Source of the DNA: an uncultured Puniceicoccaceae bacterium
GTDB taxonomy: Bacteria > Verrucomicrobiota > Verrucomicrobiia > Opitutales > Oceanipulchritudinaceae
Reading direction: 5' to 3'
DNA: 64,000 bases
Assembly: GCA_963933835.1 (NCBI GenBank)
Contig: CAWVVV010000002.1
Location: 96,001 to 160,000 of the forward strand
Shown here: one piece after another, positions 1 through 10,510 of the stretch
Position numbering within the stretch: the stretch's first letter is position 1
Layout: each line of letters begins with the position of its first letter
Translations under genes and position numbers: made by a program
Notes under the pieces: generated by a model
Told to the model about the DNA's origin: nothing
Database searches by the model: none
The model's input: only the letters and a program-made list of their open reading frames with translations

Positions 1-19
1 GGTCGCTTGAATAAAAGGC

Positions 20-283
20 TTACTCGACGACTAGACGCATGTAGCGAGGGGCGTTCGCTATCGGTCGGTGACAATCCGTCACAACTACTTCGCGGCGACC
101 ATCCGAGCCTGACTCACTGACATCGATGCCCACCGCCTCGATCAACCAAACATTGTCTCCTTGGCTCAAGCGGGCCGCATCGACCCAGGTGGAGCCCAGA
201 TCACCTGTAACTTGTACCACGTAGACAACTGTCGGATCCCACCTCCGCGCAAAGCTCAGCGTGACCCGACCATCTGGCGACAT
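20..283 (-). pseudogene. Orphan C-terminal module of a Verrucomicrobia-type surface/secreted protein (probable gene remnant)
   Basis: 87-aa ORF with pattern 'VTLSFARR...YVVQVTGDLGSTW...PRYMRLVVE*'; no signal peptide; frame is closed upstream by TGA at 329-331. Confidence 0.45.
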
Positions 284-514
284 GCCCGGCTGCGCGATGA
301 AAGGCTGGGGCGAGGTTGGAGACTGATTTCAGCCTCGTGAAAAATCCGCTGCATGACGCGCGCTCCCCAAGGGTATCGTAAAGAAGAGTCCCCTTTCGAA
401 GATTGTGCATCCAGGCAGTGTTTTTTGCCGTAAAATTGTTAAAGAAACGAATCCGCTTTCCATCCCCGTTTTAGACCGTAAAAAATAACGTCGGCGCTTT
501 TGCTCCTGACCCCC

Positions 515-1078
515 ATGGCTCCAACGCAGGCTCACTCATCCCCTGAAAGCTGCCTCCAAAAGGTAGCCTCCGGCGACGCATCTGCCTTTCGCGAACTCTA
601 TGACGCCTTCGCACCCCAGCTCATGGGACTCGCCTACCGCATTCTTGAGCGCCGCCCGGAAGCCGAAGAAGTCCTCCAAGACACCTTCGTCCAAGTCTGG
701 AAAAGCGCCTCCCGCTTCAATCCCAAGCGTAGCTCAGTCAAGACTTGGCTCTTTCTCATCACCCGCAGTCGCGCTATCGACCGCCTGCGTCGCCTTCGCG
801 GTCAAGCTCACCTCACTTCCACCCCGTTCGACGAAACCTACGATAAAGGCGTCGAATTCGATCTCCCCTCTGACACCGATCGCGAAAACCATCCTGCCCT
901 CCGCCGACTGAAAGCGCTCTCACCCCGGCAGCGCGAAACACTCGAACTCGCTTTCTTTGAAGGCTACACTCACGCCGAAATCGCCAACCTGAAAAACACC
1001 CCGCTCGGCACCGTGAAATCCGATATCCGCCGCAGCCTCCAGCGACTCAATACGAAAGGAGGCACCTCAAATGCCTAA
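515..1078 (+). CDS. ECF RNA polymerase sigma-70 factor (SigK-like)
   Basis: Region 2 'AEEVLQDTFVQVW...TWLFLITRSRAIDRLR' and region 4 'GYTHAEIA...PLGTVKS'; ATG at 515 preferred to TTG at 500. Confidence 0.93.
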   Translation: MAPTQAHSSPESCLQKVASGDASAFRELYDAFAPQLMGLAYRILERRPEAEEVLQDTFVQVWKSASRFNPKRSSVKTWLFLITRSRAIDRLRRLRGQAHLTSTPFDETYDKGVEFDLPSDTDRENHPALRRLKALSPRQRETLELAFFEGYTHAEIANLKNTPLGTVKSDIRRSLQRLNTKGGTSNA

Positions 1079-2165
1079 CTCCGAACCAGACAACGACGAT
1101 CTGCGCTACCTCCTCGGCGAGCTTCCCGCTAAATCTGGGGAGACGCTTTCCGATCCTAGCCTTCGTCAAACAAGCGACGAACTCACCTCATGGGCCGACC
1201 ATGAGATCACCCCACTTACGCCCAAAGGTCGTGTCTGGGAAAACATCGAAGCACAGGTCAGCCAGCAAAAGACCGCCCCCGTCATCTCAATTTTCACCCT
1301 CCGTATTTGGCAGGTCGCAGCGCTTCTCTTCCTCGCCCTCAATCTCTTCTGGCTCGTTCTATCCTTCCAAGAAGGCACCAGCAGAAGAGGAAATGCAATC
1401 GCCTCGAACCCATCCACGACGGGCTCAGAAGCTTCGAGCGATCGCGGTTCGACGCCCTCAAACACGACGACCAGCTCCGGAGAAACGGGCGCTGAGGGCT
1501 CCCGCGTTCAGACGCTCGAAACCGCCCTCAGCCAGCGCCAAGCTCAAGTTGAAACTCTCCAGCAGGCCCTCTCCGCCGCGCACGCCAACGCCCAATCAGC
1601 CGATGCCGATCACGCCCAGATGCTTTCTCAACTCGACGCCTTCTTCCTCCCCGTCGATGGGAAAGCCCAGATCACGCTCCTTGCGATGGCCGCCGATCGC
1701 TCTCCCTTCACCCAAGCTGACTTCGATGCGCTCCTCCCGCCAAATGAAGCTGCGTTCGCCGGTGATTTTACAGACGGTTTAGGTGCGGCTCCCGGTGCCG
1801 CTCTAGGTAGATTAGCCGACCCTGACACCATTTTGCCTGCACCGTCAGCCGTCGCCGTCTGGCGTAACGACCTGCAAGAGGGCGTCGTCAACTTTTACAA
1901 CATGCCCGACCTTCCAAATAGCGCTATCTACGAGCTCTGGGCACAAGACAGCAGCACGGGCGAACCGATCAAGTTCGGCGATCTGCCAGTAGACTCAGCC
2001 AACGACTTCAGTATCGTCGTGACGCATGATCAGGACGCGAACTTCAGCCCAGCGAACTTCACCGTGACGATCAGGTCCGAGGTCACCAACGATGTTCCTG
2101 CGATCATCCTCTGGGGTCCCGGAAATCCTGAGGCAGAACCCATCGGTGACATCGCCGAGCCTTAG
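1071..2165 (+). CDS. Anti-sigma factor, RskA-like (single TM helix, coiled coil, C-terminal 'YELWA' domain)
   Basis: Overlaps the ECF sigma stop; TM '[19 protein letters not shown]'; 'NMPDLP...YELW' RskA-type motif. Confidence 0.8.
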   Translation: MPNSEPDNDDLRYLLGELPAKSGETLSDPSLRQTSDELTSWADHEITPLTPKGRVWENIEAQVSQQKTAPVISIFTLRIWQVAALLFLALNLFWLVLSFQEGTSRRGNAIASNPSTTGSEASSDRGSTPSNTTTSSGETGAEGSRVQTLETALSQRQAQVETLQQALSAAHANAQSADADHAQMLSQLDAFFLPVDGKAQITLLAMAADRSPFTQADFDALLPPNEAAFAGDFTDGLGAAPGAALGRLADPDTILPAPSAVAVWRNDLQEGVVNFYNMPDLPNSAIYELWAQDSSTGEPIKFGDLPVDSANDFSIVVTHDQDANFSPANFTVTIRSEVTNDVPAIILWGPGNPEAEPIGDIAEP

Positions 2166-2237
2166 ACGCTAAATATCGTATTCGTTAAAACTCCCGTTTG
2201 CGAAATTCTGGAAAGCCATTGAGAGTCGACGATTCGC

Positions 2238-5200
2238 ATGTCGACCACCGCTCCAACACACATCCGCCTCCGCGGCGTTCGCCAGAACAACCTCAAGAAC
2301 TTCGACCTCGATCTCCCTCTCGGGAAGCTCGTTGTCGTGACAGGGCTCTCGGGTGCAGGAAAGTCTTCCCTCGTTTTCGAGACCCTCCACGCCGAGGGAC
2401 AGCGGCGCTACGTCGAGACGTTCTCTCCCTACGCCCGTCAGTTTATGGACATGCTCGACCGGCCTCAGGTCGACTCGATTGAGAACATTCGCCCCTCCAT
2501 CGCGATCGAGCAAAGCAACACCGTTCGCACCTCCCGCTCCACCGTCGGCACGATGACCGAGCTGACCGACTACTACAAAGTCTGGTTCAGCCACGTCGCT
2601 GAACTCTTCGACCCTGAGACCGGCGAAAAAATAGAAGACGACAACCCTGCCTCGATCTGGACCAAGGCCCGCATAGCTTTCCCGAGCAAAGGCGTCCTCC
2701 TCGCCTTTCGCCTCAAGCGCCCAGAAAAAATGTCATGGGCCGAGCTCCTTGAGCCCCTTTCCAATCAAGGCTACAGCCGCATCGTCGCAGCGGAAAAACT
2801 AGCCCGCCTCGATGGCCTCGACCCCGCCAGCCTCGCCGCTGAGGGCAGCATTTTCGTCATCCAGGATCGTCTCAAGCTGACTCCGAAGAACCGCACCCGC
2901 TTCATCGAAGCTGCGACCGCGTCACTGCATTTCGGACAAGGTCAGATCTATCTACTGAGCGCAAACGGCGCCGAGACCCTCGACCACTACGCCGAAGGCC
3001 TCCACCTGCCCGGCAGCGATGTGCGTTACGAGCCCGCCACGCCGAACCTCTTTTCCTTCAACTCCCCAGTGGGTGCTTGCTCCGCCTGCCGCGGCTTTGG
3101 TCGTGTAATAGAAATCGACGACAATCTCGTCATTCCTGACCGCAGCCTCAGTCTCGTCGACGGCGCTATCCGAGCCTTCCAAGGGGCGGTCTATTCAGAA
3201 AGCCTACGCGACCTGCTTCGCGCCTGTAAGAAGCACAACATACCGACCGATATCCCTTTCGGAAAAATGCGGAAGGCCCATCAGCGCTTCGTCTATGATG
3301 GAGAGCCCGGCTACGATACGGACAAATCGAAAAAATGGCCGAAGGGCTGGTATGGCGTTCGCCGCTTTTTCAAGTGGCTCGAAAACAACACCTACAAGAT
3401 GCACGTCCGCGTCTTTCTCTCAAAGTACCGCGCCTACGTTTCATGCCCTGAATGCAAAGGAACGCGGCTCAAACCCGACGCCCTCAACTGGCGCTGGAAG
3501 GGCCACCGCCTCCCCGATCTCTACGAACTCCCTGTCCGCGATCTCCTCGCCCTCTTCGAAGCTGAAAAATCGGTCGAAGATACCACCGACCGAGGTCTTG
3601 CCGTCGCCACCGGCGCCATCCGCTCCCGTCTCCATTACCTCGATCAAGTCGGCCTTGGCTACCTCACCCTCAATCGCAGCTCACGCACGCTTTCCGGTGG
3701 CGAAACCCAACGCGTCAATCTCACCGCCTGCCTTGGCACCGCGCTCGTCGACACCCTCTTCGTTCTTGATGAGCCCTCTGTTGGCCTCCACGCCCGTGAC
3801 ATCAATCGCCTCATCGGCATTCTCCGCCAACTCACTGCTGCCGGAAATACCGTCGTCGTCGTCGAGCACGATGAATCAGTCATGCACGCCGCTGACGAAA
3901 TCCTCGAAATCGGCCCGCGACCTGGGAACGAGGGCGGCGAAATCATTTTTCAAGGGCCCGTCAGCAAAATGCTCAAAAACAAGGCCTCGCTCACCGGTGC
4001 CTACCTCAGCGGTCGCGAGCAGATTGAGCTCCCATCACAACGGCGCCCGGTCAAACTGAAGGGACGAAACGCTACCCCAGCGCTTAATTTCAAAGACGTC
4101 CACAAACACAATCTTACAGGCATCGACCTGCATTTTCCACTCGGACGCTTCGTCGCTCTCAGTGGAGTCAGCGGCTCTGGAAAATCCACTGTCCTGAACA
4201 ACGTCATCCACCAAGGCCTCCTCGCCCGTGCCGGAAAAGCGGTCGAAGAACCCGCCCGTATCGGGAAAATCACTACACCCAATGAAATTGGGGAAATCGT
4301 TCTCGTCGACCGAACTCCGGTGAGTAAGACACCGCGCTCGACACCCATTCTGTTTGTGGATGCGTGGGATCACATCAGGACTCTCTTCGCTTCGACCGAG
4401 GACGCACTCGCCGCCGGACTTATCACGAGCCATTTTTCCTTCAATAGTGGCCATGGTCGTTGCGATCATTGCCAAGGCCTCGGGCACGAGCGCATCGAAA
4501 TGCAGTTCATGGCCGACGTCTACGTCACTTGCCCCGTCTGCGAAGGAAAGCGCTTTCGTGACGAAGTTCTCGAGATCACATGGAACGGCAAAAATGCCGC
4601 TGACGTGCTAGCCTTCTCAGTCGACGAAGCCATCCTCTTTTTCGCCAAGCAAACCAAGATCATCGCGTGCATACGGCCATTGACCGACGTTGGCCTGAGC
4701 TACCTGCCACTGGGTCAGCCACTGAACACGCTCTCGGGTGGTGAATCCCAGCGCCTCAAACTCGTGAAGTTCCTCGGGCGCTTTGCCGGCGAAAGCGAGC
4801 CTGCCCTGCTTCTCCTCGATGAGCCCACCACCGGCTTACACCGCGCCGACATTAAGCGGCTCCTCGTCGTTCTCCAGCGACTCGTCGACGCAGGTCATTC
4901 CCTCGCTGTCATCGAACACCAGATGGATGTGCTCAAATCCGCCGACTGGATCATTGAGCTCGGCCCCGAAGCAGGTGACCGCGGCGGCGAGGTCGTTTAT
5001 GCCGGAACACCCGAAGGCATTCTCGACGTAGATACAGAAACGGCACGCTTCCTCAGTGAAGAACTGGGAGGAGGCTCCCTCGCAGTCGCTGAACCGCAGT
5101 CACCATTCATCACTCAACATGCATCCTTTGGACGCAAAGCGGCGCTCAGCGTCATCGGCGCCCGGCAACACAACCTGCGCGACATTTCAGTTGATATCCC

Positions 5201-7820
5201 CCACGGCGAATGGACCGTCGTCACCGGAGTCAGTGGCTCTGGAAAGTCCTCTCTCGCCTTCGACATTATTTTTGCCGAGGGGCAACGACGCTTCATGGAG
5301 TCGATGTCTCCGTGGGCGCGTCAATACGTCGAGCAGCTTCCTCGGCCCGACATCGACTCGCTCACCGGGATCGCCCCCACGGTCGCGATCGAGCAACGGG
5401 TAACACGGGGAAGTCGCAAGTCCACCGTAGCGACGATCACCGAGGTCGCCCAATACCTTCGTCTCCTCTACACGCGCATCGGGATACAGCATAGCCCGAA
5501 AACGGGCGAGCCCCTCATCGCCCTCAGTCGTTCCGCCCTACTCAAAAAACTCGAAAGCACAATCGGTGAACGTTCACCTAAGAAGGGCGAGATGCTTTAC
5601 CTCTACGCCCCGCTCATCCGCGGGCGCAAAGGCCACCATCAGCCTATTGCGGACTGGGCTAAAAATATCGGCTACGATCTTTTGCGCTGTGATGGGCGCC
5701 CCGTCCGCGTCACAAAATTCAAGAAGCTCGACCGCTACAGTGAGCACGATGTAGAAGTCGCGGTCGGCGCTCTCCAAATTGAAAAAGAAGGAAGCGCCTA
5801 CAGTGCTACCCTGCGCGGCGAAGGCATCAGCCTTTCGAAGCTCCTCGACGAGACCCTGCGCCTCGGCAAAGGGGCCGCCTTTCTCGCTGATGCTCAAGGG
5901 CGAAACATCGCATGGTATTCGACGAAGCGGACCGACCCCACAACCGGAGAATCGTTTCCCGAACTTGATCCAAAGCACTTTTCTTGGAACAGCACTCGAG
6001 GCTGGTGCACAAGCTGTCGCGGCCATGGCCAACTCCATCAATGGATGCTTGATGACGAAAAGTTTGAGAATCTCCCTCTCGATTTCGTTGATGGTAAGAC
6101 TTGCACTGTCTGTAAAGGCAGTCGACTGAATCCACAGTCGAGTGCAGTGTATTTACATTGTCACGACGGCACCCAACTCAGCCTTCCACAGCTTCTCGGT
6201 CTAGCGCCATCTGCCCTTCTCAAAACACTTTCCAAGCTCAAGCTCGACCGGCGCGGCAAAGCGATCGTCAAGGATCTGCGCCCCGAAATTGAAGAGCGCC
6301 TCAAATTCATGGATGAGGTTGGCCTGAGCTACCTCACCCTCGACCGATCAACCATCACCCTCTCTGGCGGTGAAGCGCAACGCATCCGGCTTGCCGCCCA
6401 ACTTGGATCAAATCTATCGGGCGTTCTCTACGTCCTCGATGAGCCTTCAATTGGGCTCCACGCCCGCGACAACGACCGCCTGCTCGACTCTCTCGCCCGT
6501 CTTCAGAAGAAAGGAAATACGCTTCTCGTTGTTGAGCATAATCTAGAAACGATGCGGCATGCTGATCGCATCATCGACCTTGGCCCTGATGCCGGGATCA
6601 ATGGTGGGCATATTCTTGCGAATGGGAAACTCGAAGCGCTCATTCAGAATAAAGACTCCCTTACCGGACACTATCTCAAAAATGGTATCCAACATCCACT
6701 ACGCGGCCAGTATCGGACGCTTCCACCCAAATACAGCGCTCGGCGCAAAACCACTGCCGACGAGTGGATCGTCCTGAAGGAGCCTCGCCTGCGCAACCTT
6801 AAGGGCGGACAGCTCACCCTTCCTAAGGAACGCCTGATCGGTATCTGTGGCGTATCCGGCGCAGGTAAGTCCACCCTCATCCGCGATCTTCTCATTCCTG
6901 TCGTCGAGCGCGCCATCCGTTTAAAGAAAGACATCGTCAAAGGGAGTGCATGGCCGGGTCTCGACTTTGGTGAGCTACGACACGCCAACGTTTTCCGAAC
7001 CGTCGTCGAAGTTGACCAAAGCCCGATCGGCAAAACACTTCGCTCTACACCAGCAACCTACATCGGAGCCTTTGATCTGATCCGGAAGTTCTTCGGCCAG
7101 ATCCCTGAGGCAAAGATGCGCGGCTTTGGTCCCGGCACCTTTTCTTTCAACACCAAAGACGGACGCTGCCCAGAGTGTAAAGGGGCCGGAAAAATTAAGC
7201 TCGAGATGAGTTTCATGCCCGACACCTATGTCGAGTGTGACGCTTGCAGAGGAAAACGCTACGGAGCTGAATTGCTCGACTTGACTTGGAACGAAAAGAA
7301 CATCGCTGACATCCTCGCAATGAGCTTTGAAGAGGCGGTCGGGTTCTTCCACTTCCATACCCGCTTGGAGGCCATGATGCAGCTCATGGTTGAAACCGGG
7401 CTCGGCTACTTGGAGCTTGGGCAAAGCAGCCCTACGCTCTCCGGCGGTGAGGCTCAGCGCCTCAAACTCGTGAGTGAGCTGATCAAAGGCCTGCCTACCT
7501 TTACCGAGCGAAAGCACGGTATCGTATCCAAAAATCTATACGTTCTCGAAGAACCCACGATCGGCCTACATCTGCGCGACTGTGAACGCCTCATCGAACT
7601 CCTTCACCGTCTCGTCGACCAAGGGCACACCGTCATCCTTATCGAACACCATCTCGACCTCATTGCCGAAGCCGATTACCTCGTCGAAATCGGACCGAAT
7701 GGCGGCGATGGTGGCGGCAAGATACTGTATCAAGGAAGTGTAGACGGACTTTTAAAAGCCAAGAGTTCACCCACAGCACCGTTTCTACGACCACTCCTGT
7801 CTCGAACAGGAAAGAGCTGA
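2238..7820 (+). CDS. uvrA: Excinuclease ABC subunit A, double-length (two fused UvrA units)
   Basis: Four Walker A motifs ([16 protein letters not shown] x2, GVSGAGKS), four LSGGE signatures, CxxC zinc fingers, 'AEGQRR' twice; 1860 aa. Confidence 0.96.
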   Translation: MSTTAPTHIRLRGVRQNNLKNFDLDLPLGKLVVVTGLSGAGKSSLVFETLHAEGQRRYVETFSPYARQFMDMLDRPQVDSIENIRPSIAIEQSNTVRTSRSTVGTMTELTDYYKVWFSHVAELFDPETGEKIEDDNPASIWTKARIAFPSKGVLLAFRLKRPEKMSWAELLEPLSNQGYSRIVAAEKLARLDGLDPASLAAEGSIFVIQDRLKLTPKNRTRFIEAATASLHFGQGQIYLLSANGAETLDHYAEGLHLPGSDVRYEPATPNLFSFNSPVGACSACRGFGRVIEIDDNLVIPDRSLSLVDGAIRAFQGAVYSESLRDLLRACKKHNIPTDIPFGKMRKAHQRFVYDGEPGYDTDKSKKWPKGWYGVRRFFKWLENNTYKMHVRVFLSKYRAYVSCPECKGTRLKPDALNWRWKGHRLPDLYELPVRDLLALFEAEKSVEDTTDRGLAVATGAIRSRLHYLDQVGLGYLTLNRSSRTLSGGETQRVNLTACLGTALVDTLFVLDEPSVGLHARDINRLIGILRQLTAAGNTVVVVEHDESVMHAADEILEIGPRPGNEGGEIIFQGPVSKMLKNKASLTGAYLSGREQIELPSQRRPVKLKGRNATPALNFKDVHKHNLTGIDLHFPLGRFVALSGVSGSGKSTVLNNVIHQGLLARAGKAVEEPARIGKITTPNEIGEIVLVDRTPVSKTPRSTPILFVDAWDHIRTLFASTEDALAAGLITSHFSFNSGHGRCDHCQGLGHERIEMQFMADVYVTCPVCEGKRFRDEVLEITWNGKNAADVLAFSVDEAILFFAKQTKIIACIRPLTDVGLSYLPLGQPLNTLSGGESQRLKLVKFLGRFAGESEPALLLLDEPTTGLHRADIKRLLVVLQRLVDAGHSLAVIEHQMDVLKSADWIIELGPEAGDRGGEVVYAGTPEGILDVDTETARFLSEELGGGSLAVAEPQSPFITQHASFGRKAALSVIGARQHNLRDISVDIPHGEWTVVTGVSGSGKSSLAFDIIFAEGQRRFMESMSPWARQYVEQLPRPDIDSLTGIAPTVAIEQRVTRGSRKSTVATITEVAQYLRLLYTRIGIQHSPKTGEPLIALSRSALLKKLESTIGERSPKKGEMLYLYAPLIRGRKGHHQPIADWAKNIGYDLLRCDGRPVRVTKFKKLDRYSEHDVEVAVGALQIEKEGSAYSATLRGEGISLSKLLDETLRLGKGAAFLADAQGRNIAWYSTKRTDPTTGESFPELDPKHFSWNSTRGWCTSCRGHGQLHQWMLDDEKFENLPLDFVDGKTCTVCKGSRLNPQSSAVYLHCHDGTQLSLPQLLGLAPSALLKTLSKLKLDRRGKAIVKDLRPEIEERLKFMDEVGLSYLTLDRSTITLSGGEAQRIRLAAQLGSNLSGVLYVLDEPSIGLHARDNDRLLDSLARLQKKGNTLLVVEHNLETMRHADRIIDLGPDAGINGGHILANGKLEALIQNKDSLTGHYLKNGIQHPLRGQYRTLPPKYSARRKTTADEWIVLKEPRLRNLKGGQLTLPKERLIGICGVSGAGKSTLIRDLLIPVVERAIRLKKDIVKGSAWPGLDFGELRHANVFRTVVEVDQSPIGKTLRSTPATYIGAFDLIRKFFGQIPEAKMRGFGPGTFSFNTKDGRCPECKGAGKIKLEMSFMPDTYVECDACRGKRYGAELLDLTWNEKNIADILAMSFEEAVGFFHFHTRLEAMMQLMVETGLGYLELGQSSPTLSGGEAQRLKLVSELIKGLPTFTERKHGIVSKNLYVLEEPTIGLHLRDCERLIELLHRLVDQGHTVILIEHHLDLIAEADYLVEIGPNGGDGGGKILYQGSVDGLLKAKSSPTAPFLRPLLSRTGKS

Positions 7821-7901
7821 ACACCGCTTTTTCTTGAATAAGTAGTCAAAACTTGGAGCGGTGGCTACGCCTTCTACGACTCCCCACTCTTACGACGACT
7901 C

Positions 7902-8339
7902 ATGGCTAAACATCGGCTATTCCTAATTGAGGACGAAGAACTCCTCTGCGAGCTCTTTACAGACTACGCCGTTACGATCCCAGAGATCGAATTTTTAGGC
8001 TTCGAAAATGACGGCCTGACCGGTGTTGAGAAGGCGATCGAACTTAAGCCCGATATCGTTGTCCTCGATATGCGGCTACCTAGAACAAACGGGATTGAAG
8101 CCTTACACCGACTGCGCAAAGAGCTGGGAGATATCAAAATCATCATTTTCACCGGCACCGTGAAAGAAGAGACCGTTCACCTCGCATATAGCCAGGGGGC
8201 GGATGCCTTCGTCGAAAAGGCCCTCGGCCTCGCCTACTTAAAGGAAGCCATCCTCGCCGTTATTCTCGGCGAACGCTACGTTACCGAGGGTATCTCAGCG
8301 ATTTTGAAATCTTTTAAGACGGAATCGGAACAAACCTAG
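7902..8339 (+). CDS. Stand-alone response regulator receiver (NarL-like, no HTH)
   Basis: 'IEDE', phospho-acceptor 'LDMRLP...G', 'FT', 'FVEK'; ends before any output domain. Confidence 0.85.
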   Translation: MAKHRLFLIEDEELLCELFTDYAVTIPEIEFLGFENDGLTGVEKAIELKPDIVVLDMRLPRTNGIEALHRLRKELGDIKIIIFTGTVKEETVHLAYSQGADAFVEKALGLAYLKEAILAVILGERYVTEGISAILKSFKTESEQT

Positions 8340-9046
8340 AACCGCCCCTTACGCTTCTTCTTTTTCTTTTTCGGAGGGGGCAGCGCGGCTAAGCGTTTGG
8401 CTTCGGCTTTCTGCAGTGCTCCGGCTTCTAAATGAAGAAGGAATTTGTCTTCGAAATAGTCGTTGCCCGAGAGGGCTCCTAAGTCGTGCACCTGAAAAGG
8501 CTCAATGCCTAGGTCTGCCAACTCCTCACGATAGAGGGTTCCTTTCAAATATAGCACGCCTTGAGGGAGGGCCTCGCTGCCGCCCGGGCGCAGATTCTTC
8601 GTGATCCAGCCAAGGAACTTGGGCAGTGGGCTCACCGCGCGACCGAGAATGAAATCCCATTTCGATTCGAGCGACTCGGCTCGCTTGTTGATCACTGAGA
8701 CATTTTTCAGCCCGAGAGCCTCAACCATTGCCTGCACTGCCTTGGTCTTTTTTTCGACCGAGTCACAGAGGAAAAATTGCACCTCAGGAAAGCAGATCGC
8801 GAGCGGGAGGCCTGGCAGCCCTCCGCCCGTTCCGACATCCAGAACACGAATGCGGGGCGGAAAATCAACGATACTGGCGATGAGCAATGAGTGTGTGAGG
8901 TGGTGCACCTCAAGCGCGTCGATGTCCTTTCGCGAAACAAGATTCAGCCGCTCGTTCCACTCACGAAAGAGCGTCGCCAGCTCATCCATCTTTGCCGATT
9001 GCTCCGGCGTGATCTTCGCATACACGCTCGCCCAAGGATAACTCAT
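8336..9046 (-). CDS. rsmG: 16S rRNA (guanine(527)-N7)-methyltransferase
   Basis: 'WNERLNLVS', 'HLTHSL', 'LDVGTGGGLPGLPLAI', 'RAV', 'LKG'. Confidence 0.95.
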   Translation of the reverse strand: MSYPWASVYAKITPEQSAKMDELATLFREWNERLNLVSRKDIDALEVHHLTHSLLIASIVDFPPRIRVLDVGTGGGLPGLPLAICFPEVQFFLCDSVEKKTKAVQAMVEALGLKNVSVINKRAESLESKWDFILGRAVSPLPKFLGWITKNLRPGGSEALPQGVLYLKGTLYREELADLGIEPFQVHDLGALSGNDYFEDKFLLHLEAGALQKAEAKRLAALPPPKKKKKKRKGRF

Positions 9047-9096
9047 GACCGCACTCTGAAACTCCTACACAAAGCGTCAAACCGCTTTTGTACTGT

Positions 9097-9212
9097 TGAA
9101 TAATGAATGATGAGAGATGAATGAAAAACACCTACAGCCCTCAGGGTGAATTCACGAAAATCCCATCGCCAATCGCATCATTCACCATTCAGCATTCAGC
9201 ATTCATCATTTA
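9097..9212. repeat. Inverted arrays of tandem heptamers (4x TGAATGA-like, ~53-nt spacer, 5x TCATTCA-like)
   Basis: TGAATAA TGAATGA TGAGAGA TGAATGA (9097-9124) facing TCATTCA CCATTCA GCATTCA GCATTCA TCATTTA (9178-9212). Confidence 0.85.
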
Positions 9213-9221
9213 AAGTTTTCC

Positions 9222-10376
9222 ATGAATCCCGACGAACTCTCCCGCTACAGCCGCCAGATCATCCTTCCCCAAATCGGAGTCGATGGGCAACAGGCGCTGC
9301 GCGATAGTCGTGTGCTGCTCATTGGGATGGGTGGGCTCGGAAGCCCTGCTGCGCTCTACCTCGCAGCAGCCGGTGTCGGCACCCTCGGTCTCGCCGACTT
9401 CGATACCGTCGCAGGGCACAACCTCCAGCGCCAAGTCCTTCACGACCACGCTCGGATTGGAGACGCGAAGATCGATAGCGCTGCTGACCGCCTCCGCGCG
9501 CTCGACCCAACGATCCAGCTCGAACTCCACCCCGCTGGGGTCAACGCCGAGAACATCGTCGGGCTCTTCTCGAACTACGACCTCATCCTCGACGGCACGG
9601 ACAACTTTCCTACCCGCTATATGAACAACGACGCTGCGACGCTCTCGAAGAAGCCGCTCGTCTATGGCAGCGTGTTCCAGTTCGAAGGTCAGGTCTCAGT
9701 CTTTCACTCAGCCGCAGGCGGTCCCTGCTACCGCTGCCTCTTTCCCAAAATGCCCGACCCCGGCACTGTCCCAAATTGCGAGGAAGCCGGCGTCTTTGGT
9801 GCCCTCTGCGGCGTGGTCGGAAGTTGGCAGGCAATGGAAGCGATCAAGGTCCTCACGGGCACAGGCGAACCGCTCATCGGGCGCCTCCAAATTATCGACG
9901 CCCTCAACGGTGAGACTCGCCGCATCCGCCTCAAGCCCGACCCAGAATGTCCTTGCTGCGGCGAAAATCCGACCCTCACAAAAATCGAGGCGGCTAACTA
10001 CGACTGGTCCTGCACGACCGAATCCGAAGAAAACAAAACAACCATGTCCCAAAGTCCTCCTACACTCCGAGAAATCTCTGTCCAAGAAGCCGCCGCCGAG
10101 AAGGCCGCGGGTGCCCTCCTCCTCGACGTCCGCGAAGACTTCGAGCACGCCATTGTTCAAGTCGAAGGCAGTCGTCTCCTCCCCATGAGCAAAATTCCGG
10201 ATGCCGTCGAAGGCCTGCCTAAAGACCAGACCATTCTCTGCCTTTGTCACCACGGAGCTCGCAGCCTGCGTGTTGCCAGCTTCCTCGCTCAACACGGCGT
10301 CAAGGATTCCGTCAACGTCGCTGGCGGCATCGACCAATGGGCAGCCCAGCTAGATCCAGATATGGCGAGATATTGA
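9222..10376 (+). CDS. moeB: MoeB/ThiF-family sulfur-carrier adenylyltransferase with C-terminal rhodanese (MoeZ-like)
   Basis: 'RYSRQI', 'GMGGLGS', 'NLQRQ', 'CYRC', 'PECPCC', rhodanese 'CHHGARS' and 'GGIDQW'. Confidence 0.92.
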   Translation: MNPDELSRYSRQIILPQIGVDGQQALRDSRVLLIGMGGLGSPAALYLAAAGVGTLGLADFDTVAGHNLQRQVLHDHARIGDAKIDSAADRLRALDPTIQLELHPAGVNAENIVGLFSNYDLILDGTDNFPTRYMNNDAATLSKKPLVYGSVFQFEGQVSVFHSAAGGPCYRCLFPKMPDPGTVPNCEEAGVFGALCGVVGSWQAMEAIKVLTGTGEPLIGRLQIIDALNGETRRIRLKPDPECPCCGENPTLTKIEAANYDWSCTTESEENKTTMSQSPPTLREISVQEAAAEKAAGALLLDVREDFEHAIVQVEGSRLLPMSKIPDAVEGLPKDQTILCLCHHGARSLRVASFLAQHGVKDSVNVAGGIDQWAAQLDPDMARY

Positions 10377-10383
10377 GGAAATG

Positions 10384-10510
10384 TGAATGATGAGTTACCC
10401 GAATGATGAATAACTCATTACAACGCTTCATTTCTGTAGCCACCGCATCACAGGGCTTAGCTTCATTACATCACGCGCACTACCTGTCCCATCGCCGCAA
10501 ACTCATCATT
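10384..10510. repeat. Second, degenerate TGAATGA-heptamer inverted element
   Basis: TGAATGA TGAGTTA..CGAATGA TGAATAA at 10384-10413; AATGATGAGTT (10386-10396) is the exact reverse complement of AACTCATCATT (10500-10510). Confidence 0.7.

Noticed and set aside
8336..8385. Poly-Lys tail of RsmG and overlapping convergent stops
   Set aside because: Short basic tails and shared CTAG stops are common; nothing further supports significance
9097..9212. CRISPR array
   Set aside because: Units are abutting 7-mers with no spacers; no cas genes in the window
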